Assembly (NCBI GenBank): GCA_016177765.1
Contig: JACOUP010000008.1
Coordinates: 1,025,165-1,089,164, forward strand
Source: Deltaproteobacteria bacterium
GTDB lineage: Bacteria > UBA10199 > JACPAL01 > JACOUP01
Length of the DNA stretch: 64,000 nucleotides
Direction of reading: 5' to 3'
Part shown: positions 32,454-40,992 of the stretch, in pieces
Layout of the letters: each line of letters opens with the position of its first letter
Numbering within the stretch: the stretch's first letter is position 1
Made by a program: the position numbers and the translations under genes
The notes under the pieces: model-generated
What the model saw: the letters and a program-made list of their open reading frames with translations, nothing else
Database searches by the model: none
Told to the model about the DNA's origin: nothing

Positions 32454-33647
32454 ATGTCACTTCGAGACGTTGTCTCCTCTATCCCCCTTTCTGCGGTTGC
32501 CGGTCCACCGGCCCCAGGGACCGGCAGGGTTATCGGCCGTGTCCTGGATGCTGAGACCCGCAGGCCTGTCGGGGGGGCGGTTCTACAATTTAGGCGGGTG
32601 GGGCCTCCCCCCACTGAAGTAGCCGCTGCCGATTCCCCACCTCCTCAGACCTTTCACGATGCCTTAGTCGATAAGATGTCGTTCGATAATTATCTGAGCC
32701 AGATGGAGTGGGATGATCTGAGGGATAGAATCAGGGCCGATTGGGATAGTGGGGGTCGGGAGGGGCTGGATCTCTTTATCCGCGAGGCGGCTTCTCGGCC
32801 GAAATGGGTGGTTTCACTCCCGGTAGTGGAGAAATGGAAGAGGGCTGTGGGGTATGGTTTAGATGAAAAAGCGGTGAATACAGTCTGGGTGAGGAGTCTG
32901 CTGGAGTGGGAGGTTGCGGACGCTTTCCTGGGTGAGGCGGACTGGGATAACCTGAAAGATGAGATCGGTTCGGTCTGGGACAAAGGGGGGTTGGCGGGGA
33001 TCCGGATATTTTTAGCGGGGTGCGATGATCGGTGGGACATTCAGGAGAGTTTAAAGGCGAGGATTCAAGCAAGACTGGTGGCAACGGGGTTTATTGAGGC
33101 GGATTTATTGAAGGGGATCCGTACGTCGAAATCGGAACCACCGAGATCAATGCCGGCCGGTGGTGCCGCTGAGGCCGAAGAGGCGGCGGATGAGTTTTCT
33201 CGTGCCGGGAGTGACTTTGAGGATGGGCTGGCCGAGGCGGCAGAGGCGAGGAGGAGTGGAGCTCTCGAAGGACCGAGGGTCCTTGACTGTGACGCGCTGG
33301 CGGCGGAGGTGGGACGGATTATGGGGACTCTGGAAGGAGATTTTGGTGAGGCGATACGGGAGTTAAGGATGTCAGAGGCCACCATTGATGGGGAGATCAC
33401 GGTCCATATCCCCTTTTCGCCGATCTCGCCGCCCGTTCCGCCCCGCATGATCATCCGGCAGGCCCGTCTTTTTTCCCCAAAAAGGGTTGATGAGGCGGCG
33501 GTTCAAACATTTAAGGAGAGGGTGCGGGGGATTCTCAACAATGCCTTTGAATCCGAGGGGCTTCAGGCGAAAGACGAAAGAGGATGCCTTGTCGCTTGGA
33601 CGATCAAGCTTCCCGAACGGACGCGTGTTGATGGTGATTCGGAATAA
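32454..33647 (+). CDS. Paralog D: N-terminal leader carrying linker and carboxypeptidase-regulatory-like remnants, same conserved domain, acidic unique C-terminus
   Basis: The conserved domain starts at MSFDNYLSQMEW (Met at 32676). The upstream 74 codons resemble a shuffled cassette fragment. Confidence 0.6.
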   Translation: MSLRDVVSSIPLSAVAGPPAPGTGRVIGRVLDAETRRPVGGAVLQFRRVGPPPTEVAAADSPPPQTFHDALVDKMSFDNYLSQMEWDDLRDRIRADWDSGGREGLDLFIREAASRPKWVVSLPVVEKWKRAVGYGLDEKAVNTVWVRSLLEWEVADAFLGEADWDNLKDEIGSVWDKGGLAGIRIFLAGCDDRWDIQESLKARIQARLVATGFIEADLLKGIRTSKSEPPRSMPAGGAAEAEEAADEFSRAGSDFEDGLAEAAEARRSGALEGPRVLDCDALAAEVGRIMGTLEGDFGEAIRELRMSEATIDGEITVHIPFSPISPPVPPRMIIRQARLFSPKRVDEAAVQTFKERVRGILNNAFESEGLQAKDERGCLVAWTIKLPERTRVDGDSE

Positions 33648-34569
33648 ATCTTTTATAAAACAGTCCAAACCTTAAGCCCCGATCCGAAACCAAGACTTTC
33701 TCAATCCGGTATTGTTCCATCACCTTCTGAAGGATCATGGCACCAGCCAGTAGGGTATCGGCCCGTTCGGGGACCATCCCTGTGATTTTTTTGCGATCGA
33801 CGATTGTCTTTTGAGCCAATTCTTTTGTCATCCGGTCCAGTTCGGTTTTGGTGATGATTGACCCCTGAATTTTAGCAGGATCCCAGAGGGGAAGTTTCTG
33901 GTTGATCGCCGAGAGGGTTGTTGCGGTGCCGGCGAGGGCAACGAGGGTCAACTGAGAGCTGCCATCCGATCTTCCTCCCTTGCCGGCAAGACCATTTTCT
34001 ATAATGTCGTAAGCATATTTTATCTCTGTCGGCCGGACTGGATCCGACGTCAAGAACCGCTCCGTCAGCTCCACACAACCGAGTGGCAGGCTGACCGCCC
34101 CGTCGACCGAAATAATCTCCGTGCTCCCGCCGCCGATATCAAGGGCCATCAGGTTTTTGTGTCGATCCCCAAAATCTTTCAGGACTGAAGCGTACGAAAG
34201 ACAGGCCTCCTCCTCCCCGGAAATAATTTCAATCCGGATCCCGGTTTTTTCTAAAACCTCTTGGGTGAACTCTTCCGCATTCCGGGCCCGGCGAAAGGCG
34301 GCGGTACCGACGGCGGCGATCTCTTTCACTTGATGGTGATCGCAGAGGGTCTTGTATTCCTTTAAGGCGGCGAGCGTCCGTTTCATGGCGGCGGGCGGAA
34401 AGAGTTGCAAGGCATGGAGTTGTTGGCCAAGGCGGGTGATTCGCGCTTCATCCCGGATGATCCGTAAATCCCCATTTCTCCCCCTTTGCAAAAGGGGGGT
34501 TGGGGGGATTTTATAATCGGCAATCAGGAGGAGAACGGTATTCGTGCCGATATCAATCGCGGCGTTCAT
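33604..34569 (-). CDS. ppx: Exopolyphosphatase / guanosine pentaphosphate phosphohydrolase (Ppx/GppA family)
   Basis: MNAAIDIGTNTVLL N-terminus of the ASKHA fold; ATGA coupling with tolB. Confidence 0.8.
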   Translation of the reverse strand: MNAAIDIGTNTVLLLIADYKIPPTPLLQRGRNGDLRIIRDEARITRLGQQLHALQLFPPAAMKRTLAALKEYKTLCDHHQVKEIAAVGTAAFRRARNAEEFTQEVLEKTGIRIEIISGEEEACLSYASVLKDFGDRHKNLMALDIGGGSTEIISVDGAVSLPLGCVELTERFLTSDPVRPTEIKYAYDIIENGLAGKGGRSDGSSQLTLVALAGTATTLSAINQKLPLWDPAKIQGSIITKTELDRMTKELAQKTIVDRKKITGMVPERADTLLAGAMILQKVMEQYRIEKVLVSDRGLRFGLFYKRFIPNHHQHASVREA

Positions 34570-35858
34570 TTTGCGATCCAATTGGACCAGTCCGGATGGA
34601 TCCCGTTTCCTTTCGGCAGAATGGAGACCTGATTTCCTCCATCCGCCATCATCACCATGATCTGCGAACGGCCGGTCCGGGTCGAACTGAAGGCGATGTA
34701 GTGTCCATTCGGGGCCCAAGAGGGGCTTTCGTTGTTGCCGGAATCGGAGGTCAGCCGTTGGATCATCGAGCCATCGGTGTTCATGATGAAGAGATCAAAG
34801 ACCCCTTCATCCCGCCCCTGAAACACGATCTTGTCTCCCTTGGGGGACCAGTCCGGGTTGTCGTTGTGATGACCGACAAAGGTCAGGCGGTGGATATCCC
34901 CGCCATCGGCATCCGCCGTAAAAATATGGAGACGCCCCTCCCGCTCCGAGGCAAAGACCAGTTGACGGCCATCGGGCGACCAGGAGGGGTTGATGTCAAT
35001 CCCGAAGGCGCTGGTGAGTAAACGGATCTTCCCCCCCTGAAGGTTGTAGAGATGGAGGTCAATCTCGTCCCCCATCGCCGTGGCGGCGGCAATCCCCCTG
35101 CCGTTTGGCGCCCAGGCCGGGGTGAGGGTGACACTTTTGTTGTTGGTGATCTTCTGCGGTCTCCCGCCGCTGGCAGGAATGACGTGGAGTTCCGGAAAAC
35201 CGTTGACGTAGCCCGAATAAACCAGCCGTGTCCCGGAAGGGTCCCACGAGGGGGAGATGCTGATCGTCTTGGAGGCGGTGATTTGACGGAGATTGCCGCC
35301 ATCCACATCGGTGACAAAGATCTCCTTGTTCTTGCCGACGACGCTCGCAAAGGCGATCCGGCTGGAAAACGGCCCCCGAACGCCCGTCAAGACCTCCATC
35401 ACCTCATCCACAAAGTGGTGGGCGACAACACCCGCCTCATTCAGCTTGGCGGTGTACCGATGGCCGACCAGTTGTTTCCCGAGGGCCGGGTCGAAGAGGC
35501 GCATCTCCACCGAGATGACATCTTTTTTGTAGGAAAAGGCCCCCTTGATGAGCGCCTGCGTGCCGATCAGGTTCCAGGCGGCAAACCGGACTGTCTCCGC
35601 GGTAAAATTCTTTTCATCCTGACGGGGAAAGGAATCGGGATTCATCACCTCGAAGAGACCGGCGATTTGCAGGTCTTTCCGAATAATCTCCGGCAAGGTC
35701 TCGGCCCATTCCTCGGGATCACGGGAACCGGTGTTGATCAGGTCCGGGACCGCAATCGGGAACTTTTTTTCCAGAGGCTGATCGACCATGATGTAAATGC
35801 GGGCCTCCGCCACCGCTCCGAAGAGCAGGAAAAAAACGAGCCAGAATCGTTGCCTCAC
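34566..35858 (-). CDS. tolB: Tol-Pal system beta-propeller protein TolB
   Basis: Signal peptide plus repeated WSPDG beta-propeller blades; 430 aa. Confidence 0.88.
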   Translation of the reverse strand: MRQRFWLVFFLLFGAVAEARIYIMVDQPLEKKFPIAVPDLINTGSRDPEEWAETLPEIIRKDLQIAGLFEVMNPDSFPRQDEKNFTAETVRFAAWNLIGTQALIKGAFSYKKDVISVEMRLFDPALGKQLVGHRYTAKLNEAGVVAHHFVDEVMEVLTGVRGPFSSRIAFASVVGKNKEIFVTDVDGGNLRQITASKTISISPSWDPSGTRLVYSGYVNGFPELHVIPASGGRPQKITNNKSVTLTPAWAPNGRGIAAATAMGDEIDLHLYNLQGGKIRLLTSAFGIDINPSWSPDGRQLVFASEREGRLHIFTADADGGDIHRLTFVGHHNDNPDWSPKGDKIVFQGRDEGVFDLFIMNTDGSMIQRLTSDSGNNESPSWAPNGHYIAFSSTRTGRSQIMVMMADGGNQVSILPKGNGIHPDWSNWIAK

Positions 35859-36592
35859 ATTGATCCTTTCTGTCGTGTGTTAAATTCTACCAGAAACCCC
35901 TCGTTGATCGCCTCCGGTTTCAGACGATCCGGCGGGATATCGAGCGGGGAGGCCCGTTCGACCGCCCTCAAGACGGAGAGATCCAGCGCCTCGCTCCCTG
36001 ATTTTCTCTCCCATTCGGTTTGCAGGACCTCTCCCTTTTCGTTGATATGGACGACCAGCTGGCAGGAGAGGTCGAGCCCCTGAAGGGTAAGGGGAACAAG
36101 CCACTGGCTCATGATCTTCTCCCGGATCTTGGCCTGATAAAGGAGGTATTCTGGATCATTTCGGGAGACATAAACGGCTCCCGGCGAGCCAAACGGGACC
36201 CCGCCGGCCTTTCCGGCCGGGATCTGCCCCACCTCCGGCTGGATCACCTTGTTCTTTTTAACCTCCTCGCCGATTCGGGCCAACGCCTTTTTCATCAACT
36301 CATCCTGCTCTTTTTGTTTCTGGGCGGCGGGAGAGAGCGGGACTTCCTTTTTGACAGCAGGTTTTTTGTCCTTCTCCGGCAGTGTCTTGAAGGTCTTTTC
36401 CGGCAGGGTGACGGTTGGCGGGACGGAGAGAATCTTTTTTTGTTCCTGGATGGTGCTCTTCGGGAGGTCCCTCGCTTTGACGAAACCGGGTTCCAGTTTA
36501 TCGGTGGGTCCTAGAGGGAGATTGATCCAGGTCACCTTGTCCTGAAAGAGCGGCCGGCGAAACGACTGAAAAAATGGGGTCGTGCTCAACAC
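35855..36592 (-). CDS. tolA: TonB C-terminal-domain protein (TolA-like)
   Basis: Lys/Glu/Pro-rich linker and a TonB-C fold at the C-terminus; located between tolR and tolB. Confidence 0.6.
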   Translation of the reverse strand: MLSTTPFFQSFRRPLFQDKVTWINLPLGPTDKLEPGFVKARDLPKSTIQEQKKILSVPPTVTLPEKTFKTLPEKDKKPAVKKEVPLSPAAQKQKEQDELMKKALARIGEEVKKNKVIQPEVGQIPAGKAGGVPFGSPGAVYVSRNDPEYLLYQAKIREKIMSQWLVPLTLQGLDLSCQLVVHINEKGEVLQTEWERKSGSEALDLSVLRAVERASPLDIPPDRLKPEAINEGFLVEFNTRQKGSM

Positions 36593-36663
36593 CAGAACGA
36601 AGGCGGCATGGAACGCAACCGAGAAGTAGAGATATTTGCGTAGCGAGAATGGTTCAAGCAGAT

Positions 36664-37092
36664 TTAGGTTTCCTTCCCCGTTTTTTCCTGGGTAATCATC
36701 CCGACACGACCGATCCCGACCTTTTTCAGGAGACTGATCGTCGAAACGACGTACCCATAGGAGACCTCTTTATCCGCCCTCAGGTAGATCTCCTTTTTCT
36801 CGCGCTGGGCGTAGACGGACACCAATTTGCCTTCGAGGTCGGAAAGGGTGTACGGCTTTTTGTCATCCTGGAGAAAGATCTGTCCCTGTTTGTTGATGGT
36901 CAGGATAATATCGGCCTCGCTCCTTTCCAGGGCCGGGGCACCCGCCTGTGGGAGATCGACATCCAGACCCTGTTGCAGGAGTGGGGCGGTGACCATGAAG
37001 ATGATCAGGAGGACCAGAAAGACATCCACGAGAGGGGTGACGTTGATTTCGGAAAGATAGTGGCCGTCTTCCTTGTGATGCCCCGGGGTCAT
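36664..37092 (-). CDS. tolR: Biopolymer transport protein TolR/ExbD
   Basis: INVTPLVDVFLVLLIIFMV single-TM ExbD signature. Confidence 0.85.
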   Translation of the reverse strand: MTPGHHKEDGHYLSEINVTPLVDVFLVLLIIFMVTAPLLQQGLDVDLPQAGAPALERSEADIILTINKQGQIFLQDDKKPYTLSDLEGKLVSVYAQREKKEIYLRADKEVSYGYVVSTISLLKKVGIGRVGMITQEKTGKET

Positions 37093-37790
37093 CGAAAATA
37101 TTCCTTTTCGACACGGTAGAGGAGATCTTCCGAGAAGTTTTCCACCTGACGGATGTAGGTTCGTGTCTTGCGGACGAAGTAGTTGTAAAAAATGGCGGCC
37201 GGGATGGCGGCGGCCAACCCCATCGCTGTGGCGATCAGCGCCTCTGCGAGATAGGGTCCAACGACGGCGAGCGACGAAGAGCCGGCCCGGCCGATCTTCC
37301 AGAAGGCGGTCAAAATCCCCCAGACGGTGCCGAAGAGACCGATAAAAGGGGTAAAACTGCCGGTGGTGGCCAGAAACGGGAGGTAGCGTTCGATCCGTTC
37401 CACTTCATCTTCGGTGGCCCGTTCCACCTTCCGCCGGATTATTTCTGCCGTGGCCGTTCCGGATTCCTTGGATGAATCACCCTTGCGGCGAAAGAGATCG
37501 GAGACACCCCTCCGGAAGATATTGGAAAGCGGGTTGTCATCCCCTCCGCGCTTGATCAACTCCTCCAGGTTGGTGGTTCGCCAGAAGAGTTCGGCAAAAC
37601 GGAGGGAACCCAACTGCCACCGTTTCATCTCCTTGGATTTGTAGAAAATAATAGCCCAACAACCGATCGAAAAACCGACCAGGATCATGAATGTCAGTTT
37701 CACGACAGGGTCGGCACCCCAGAGGATCTGGAGGAGATGCCCGTTTTCACCGAGAGAACTGCTTGTTGCCGCAAACGCCTGAGAAGTCAT
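37089..37790 (-). CDS. tolQ: MotA/TolQ/ExbB proton channel
   Basis: Three TM helices and the conserved C-terminal TAMGLAAAIPA motif; overlaps tolR. Confidence 0.85.
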   Translation of the reverse strand: MTSQAFAATSSSLGENGHLLQILWGADPVVKLTFMILVGFSIGCWAIIFYKSKEMKRWQLGSLRFAELFWRTTNLEELIKRGGDDNPLSNIFRRGVSDLFRRKGDSSKESGTATAEIIRRKVERATEDEVERIERYLPFLATTGSFTPFIGLFGTVWGILTAFWKIGRAGSSSLAVVGPYLAEALIATAMGLAAAIPAAIFYNYFVRKTRTYIRQVENFSEDLLYRVEKEYFR

Positions 37791-37880
37791 AGGAATTTCC
37801 CCTCCTGAAGCAAAACAACTTTATTCATTTGGTCTCAAAAGTCAATTGCTAAGGGTGAATTACCCAAGGTTTATTTTTGA

Positions 37881-37910
37881 TTGACACCCCTCTTTGGGCT
37901 GAAGGATAAT
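37881..37910 (+). promoter_or_regulatory. Sigma70 promoter: -35 TTGACA, 18-nt spacer, -10 GATAAT
   Basis: Consensus hexamers 23 nt upstream of the CAGGAGG-ATG at 37933. Confidence 0.6.
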
Positions 37911-37932
37911 GCCCCCCGCACAGGAGGTCTTC

Positions 37933-38265
37933 ATGCTCAAAGAGGTTTTGGAGGATGCCCTGGAAAGGGGTGAGAAGTTAAAAAGGGATATCGTTGGTGA
38001 GGTTCTCAAGTCAGCGGTCTTTTCTGATCTGGTGAGCAGCCGTCGATTCATTGATGCGGTGACCAAGATCATCCATACCAAGGATGAGGTCGGTCGTTTC
38101 ATCCGTCACAATGTCCAGGATGTCTTGAAGGTGATGAGCATCCCTTCCAAACAGGATCTCGATTCCTGTGAAAAGCGGATCCATAAATTGGAAAGGGAGC
38201 TGGATCATGTGGGACGCCGGATGATGAAGCGCGGAAAAGGTTCAAGGAAAGGTCGTTCGCGATAG
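37933..38265 (+). CDS. Small coiled-coil, basic-tailed protein (phasin / PHA-granule-associated-like)
   Basis: 110 aa; AGGAGG ribosome-binding site; helical heptads; C-terminus KRGKGSRKGRSR. Confidence 0.35.
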   Translation: MLKEVLEDALERGEKLKRDIVGEVLKSAVFSDLVSSRRFIDAVTKIIHTKDEVGRFIRHNVQDVLKVMSIPSKQDLDSCEKRIHKLERELDHVGRRMMKRGKGSRKGRSR

Positions 38266-39068
38266 AAACCCCCATCGGCATTTTTGATTCCGGGATCGGA
38301 GGATTGACCGTCAGCCGCGAGGTGGCCCGTCTCCTTCCGAGGGAGGATCTCCTCTACTTGGGCGACACCGCCCGTGTTCCGTACGGCGCCAAATCCCCAG
38401 AGACCGTTACTCGTTACAGCCTGGAGAATGTCCGGTTCTTGGCCGGCAAAGGGGCCAAGGTGATTGTGGTCGCCTGCAATACCGCCTCGGCTTTTGCCCT
38501 TCCGACCTTGCGCGAAAAATTTTCCGTCCCTTTGCTTGGTGTGATCGAACCGGGCGTTCGCGGCGCGCTGGCGCGGACACGCAACGGAAAGGTAGGGGTG
38601 ATCGGGACCGAAGGGACGATCCGGAGCCAGGCGTATGCCACCCTTCTCAAAAAATTCAATCTCAAGGTGGAGGTCTATAGTGTCGCCTGCCCCCTCTTTG
38701 TCCCCTTGGTCGAGGAGGGGTGGCTTTCCGGGGAGGAGAGTGGCAAGGTCGCCGCACGATACCTCAATCCCCTGAAGGCGACCGGCATCGATACCCTCAT
38801 CCTGGGGTGCACCCATTACCCGCTCTTGAAGGGGGTGATTCGTGAACTGTTGGGACCATCGGTGGCGCTCATCGATTCTGCGGAAGAAACGGCCAAGGAG
38901 CTGGCCCGCCTTCTGAAAACCAAAAATCTTCTCAGTCAGGAAGATCGCACAGGGAAACAGTCTTTTTTTGTCACCGATTCGCCGGAGCGGTTCGCCCGGG
39001 TCGGGTCGCTCTTTCTGGACCAAAATCTGGAAGGGGTGGAACGGGTCAGCGTCGAATCACATCAGTAG
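38262..39068 (+). CDS. murI: Glutamate racemase
   Basis: The conserved PIGIFDSGIGGLTV N-motif lies upstream of the first canonical start (TTG at 38304). ATA at 38262 is preceded by a GGAAAGG ribosome-binding site. VVACNTAS active-site motif. Confidence 0.8.
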   Translation: METPIGIFDSGIGGLTVSREVARLLPREDLLYLGDTARVPYGAKSPETVTRYSLENVRFLAGKGAKVIVVACNTASAFALPTLREKFSVPLLGVIEPGVRGALARTRNGKVGVIGTEGTIRSQAYATLLKKFNLKVEVYSVACPLFVPLVEEGWLSGEESGKVAARYLNPLKATGIDTLILGCTHYPLLKGVIRELLGPSVALIDSAEETAKELARLLKTKNLLSQEDRTGKQSFFVTDSPERFARVGSLFLDQNLEGVERVSVESHQ

Positions 39069-40919
39069 TTTTTTGACCGCCTTGACGATATGCGGCGCCG
39101 AAATCCCGGCGGCGTCGACCAGCTCTTCAGGCTTTCCAGAAATTGGCATCTTGGTGACCGCCAGTTTCAGGATCGGGACGTTCCTTTCTCCGGCAAAGAC
39201 GTTTAAAACGGCATCTCCCAGCCCCCCCTCAAACCAGTGGTCTTCCACAACAACAATCCCCTTTGTCTCACGGCCGGCCTTCAGGAGCGTGGCGGCATCA
39301 ATCGGTTTGACGGAGTAACAGTCAATCACCCGGACCGGGATCCCTGCCTGGGCCAGTGTCTGTTCGGCGGTGAGGGCCTGATTCAGGGTGACCCCGGCGG
39401 CGACCACGGTGACGCGGTCATTCTTTGAAGAACGGATTGTCTTGGAACCACCGATCGGGAACTTTTCACCCGCCGGGTAGAGAACCAGCGTCGCCGGACG
39501 GTTGGTCCGGAGGTAGACAATCCCCTCCTTTTTGATCGCCTCTTCTACGAGTGCGAGCGTGGCGACTGCATCGGAGGGGTAGAGGATGGTGCTACCATGG
39601 ATCGCCCGGAACAAAGCGATATCCTCCAGTCCCATCTGTGAGGCGCCATCCTCACCAATGGAGACCCCGACGTGGGAACCGACAAATTTGACATTGGCCC
39701 TCGAGACGGCGGCCATCCGGATCTGGTCAAAACCGCGTGTCAAAAAGGCGGCAAAGGTGGAGGCAAACGGGATCTTTCCCCGTCCCGCCAGACCGACCGC
39801 GACACCGACCATATTTTGTTCGGCGATAAACATTTCCCAGTAACGGTCCGGCCACTTTTTGGCGAAGATTTCGGCAAAGGTCGAATTTTTGGTATCCCCG
39901 TCGAGACAGACCACCTCCGGGTACTGGACGGCCAGGGCGGTGATCGCCTCCCCATAAGCCTTGCGGGTGGCGATCTCTTGGCCCAGACTGTAAGAAGGGA
40001 GAGGGATCGGGTGGGTCCCCCTTTCCTGCTTCTCTCTTCTTTTTGGTTTAATTTTTTCAGGTTTTTCAACAATCCCGACAGAATTGGTATCAACCGGCCC
40101 CAAGGACTGGAGCGCCTTTTCAAGATCGGCCTTGGAGAGTGCCTTGCCGTGCCACCCCTCCTTGTCCTCCAGAAAGGAGACCCCCTTCCCCTTGAGGGTC
40201 CTGGCGACGATCATCTTGGGTGAACCACCCTTTGGGTTGCCCCGGATTGCCAGGGCCTCTTTGAAGGCGGCATCAATTTCAGGGAGGGAGTGGCCGTCCA
40301 CCGTGATAACATGCCACCCAAAGGAGGCGACCCTTTCGGCATAGGTCTTGACGTCATGGCCACACATCGTCTCACCGCTCTGCCCCATCCGGTTGACGTC
40401 AATAATCCCGACCAAGTTATCAAGATGATAGTGGGAGGCCAGCTGGATCGCCTCCCAGACCGATCCCTCCGCCATTTCCCCATCCCCCAAAAGGACGAAG
40501 GTACGGTAGGGGAGCTGATCGAGACGGGCATTGAGCGCCATCCCGACGCCGATGGATAACCCCTGTCCGAGACTGCCGGTGGCCGCTTCGGCATAGGGGA
40601 ATTGCGGGGTCGGGTGCCCCTCAAGAGGGCTTCCCAAACGGCGGAGCCGAAGGAGTTCTTCCTGTTTGATGACACCGGCGGCGCCATAAAGGGCATAGAA
40701 GAGCGGGGCGGCATGCCCCTTGGAAAAGATCAGACGGTCGTTGTTGGGATCTTTGTGATGGTCCAGATCCGCCTGGAGATATTTGAAGAAGAGCACTGTC
40801 ATCAGGTCGGTGGCTGAGAGCGAAGAGGAGGGATGGCCGGAACCGGCTTCTGAGGTGGAGATCAGGGTATAATAGCGAACCAACCGGGCGAGTGAGGAGA
40901 GATCATTGACGACAGACAT
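39057..40919 (-). CDS. tkt: Transketolase
   Basis: GSGHPSSSLS TPP motif; 620 aa from the Met at 40919; contains the palindromic element at 40218-40230. Confidence 0.88.
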   Translation of the reverse strand: MSVVNDLSSLARLVRYYTLISTSEAGSGHPSSSLSATDLMTVLFFKYLQADLDHHKDPNNDRLIFSKGHAAPLFYALYGAAGVIKQEELLRLRRLGSPLEGHPTPQFPYAEAATGSLGQGLSIGVGMALNARLDQLPYRTFVLLGDGEMAEGSVWEAIQLASHYHLDNLVGIIDVNRMGQSGETMCGHDVKTYAERVASFGWHVITVDGHSLPEIDAAFKEALAIRGNPKGGSPKMIVARTLKGKGVSFLEDKEGWHGKALSKADLEKALQSLGPVDTNSVGIVEKPEKIKPKRREKQERGTHPIPLPSYSLGQEIATRKAYGEAITALAVQYPEVVCLDGDTKNSTFAEIFAKKWPDRYWEMFIAEQNMVGVAVGLAGRGKIPFASTFAAFLTRGFDQIRMAAVSRANVKFVGSHVGVSIGEDGASQMGLEDIALFRAIHGSTILYPSDAVATLALVEEAIKKEGIVYLRTNRPATLVLYPAGEKFPIGGSKTIRSSKNDRVTVVAAGVTLNQALTAEQTLAQAGIPVRVIDCYSVKPIDAATLLKAGRETKGIVVVEDHWFEGGLGDAVLNVFAGERNVPILKLAVTKMPISGKPEELVDAAGISAPHIVKAVKKLLM

Positions 40920-40992
40920 CGGTTTTCTCCTAGCGGTGCTGGCAGAAAAAAGCAACTATACTTTTTTGCTTTTTCATGAAAGGGTGTCCCTC

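Noticed and set aside
35052-36083. 343-aa plus-strand ORF overlapping tolB and tolA
   Set aside because: Antisense to two well-supported Tol genes; composition-driven.
38205-39023. 272-aa minus-strand ORF opposite murI
   Set aside because: A shadow ORF; murI on the plus strand has clear family motifs.
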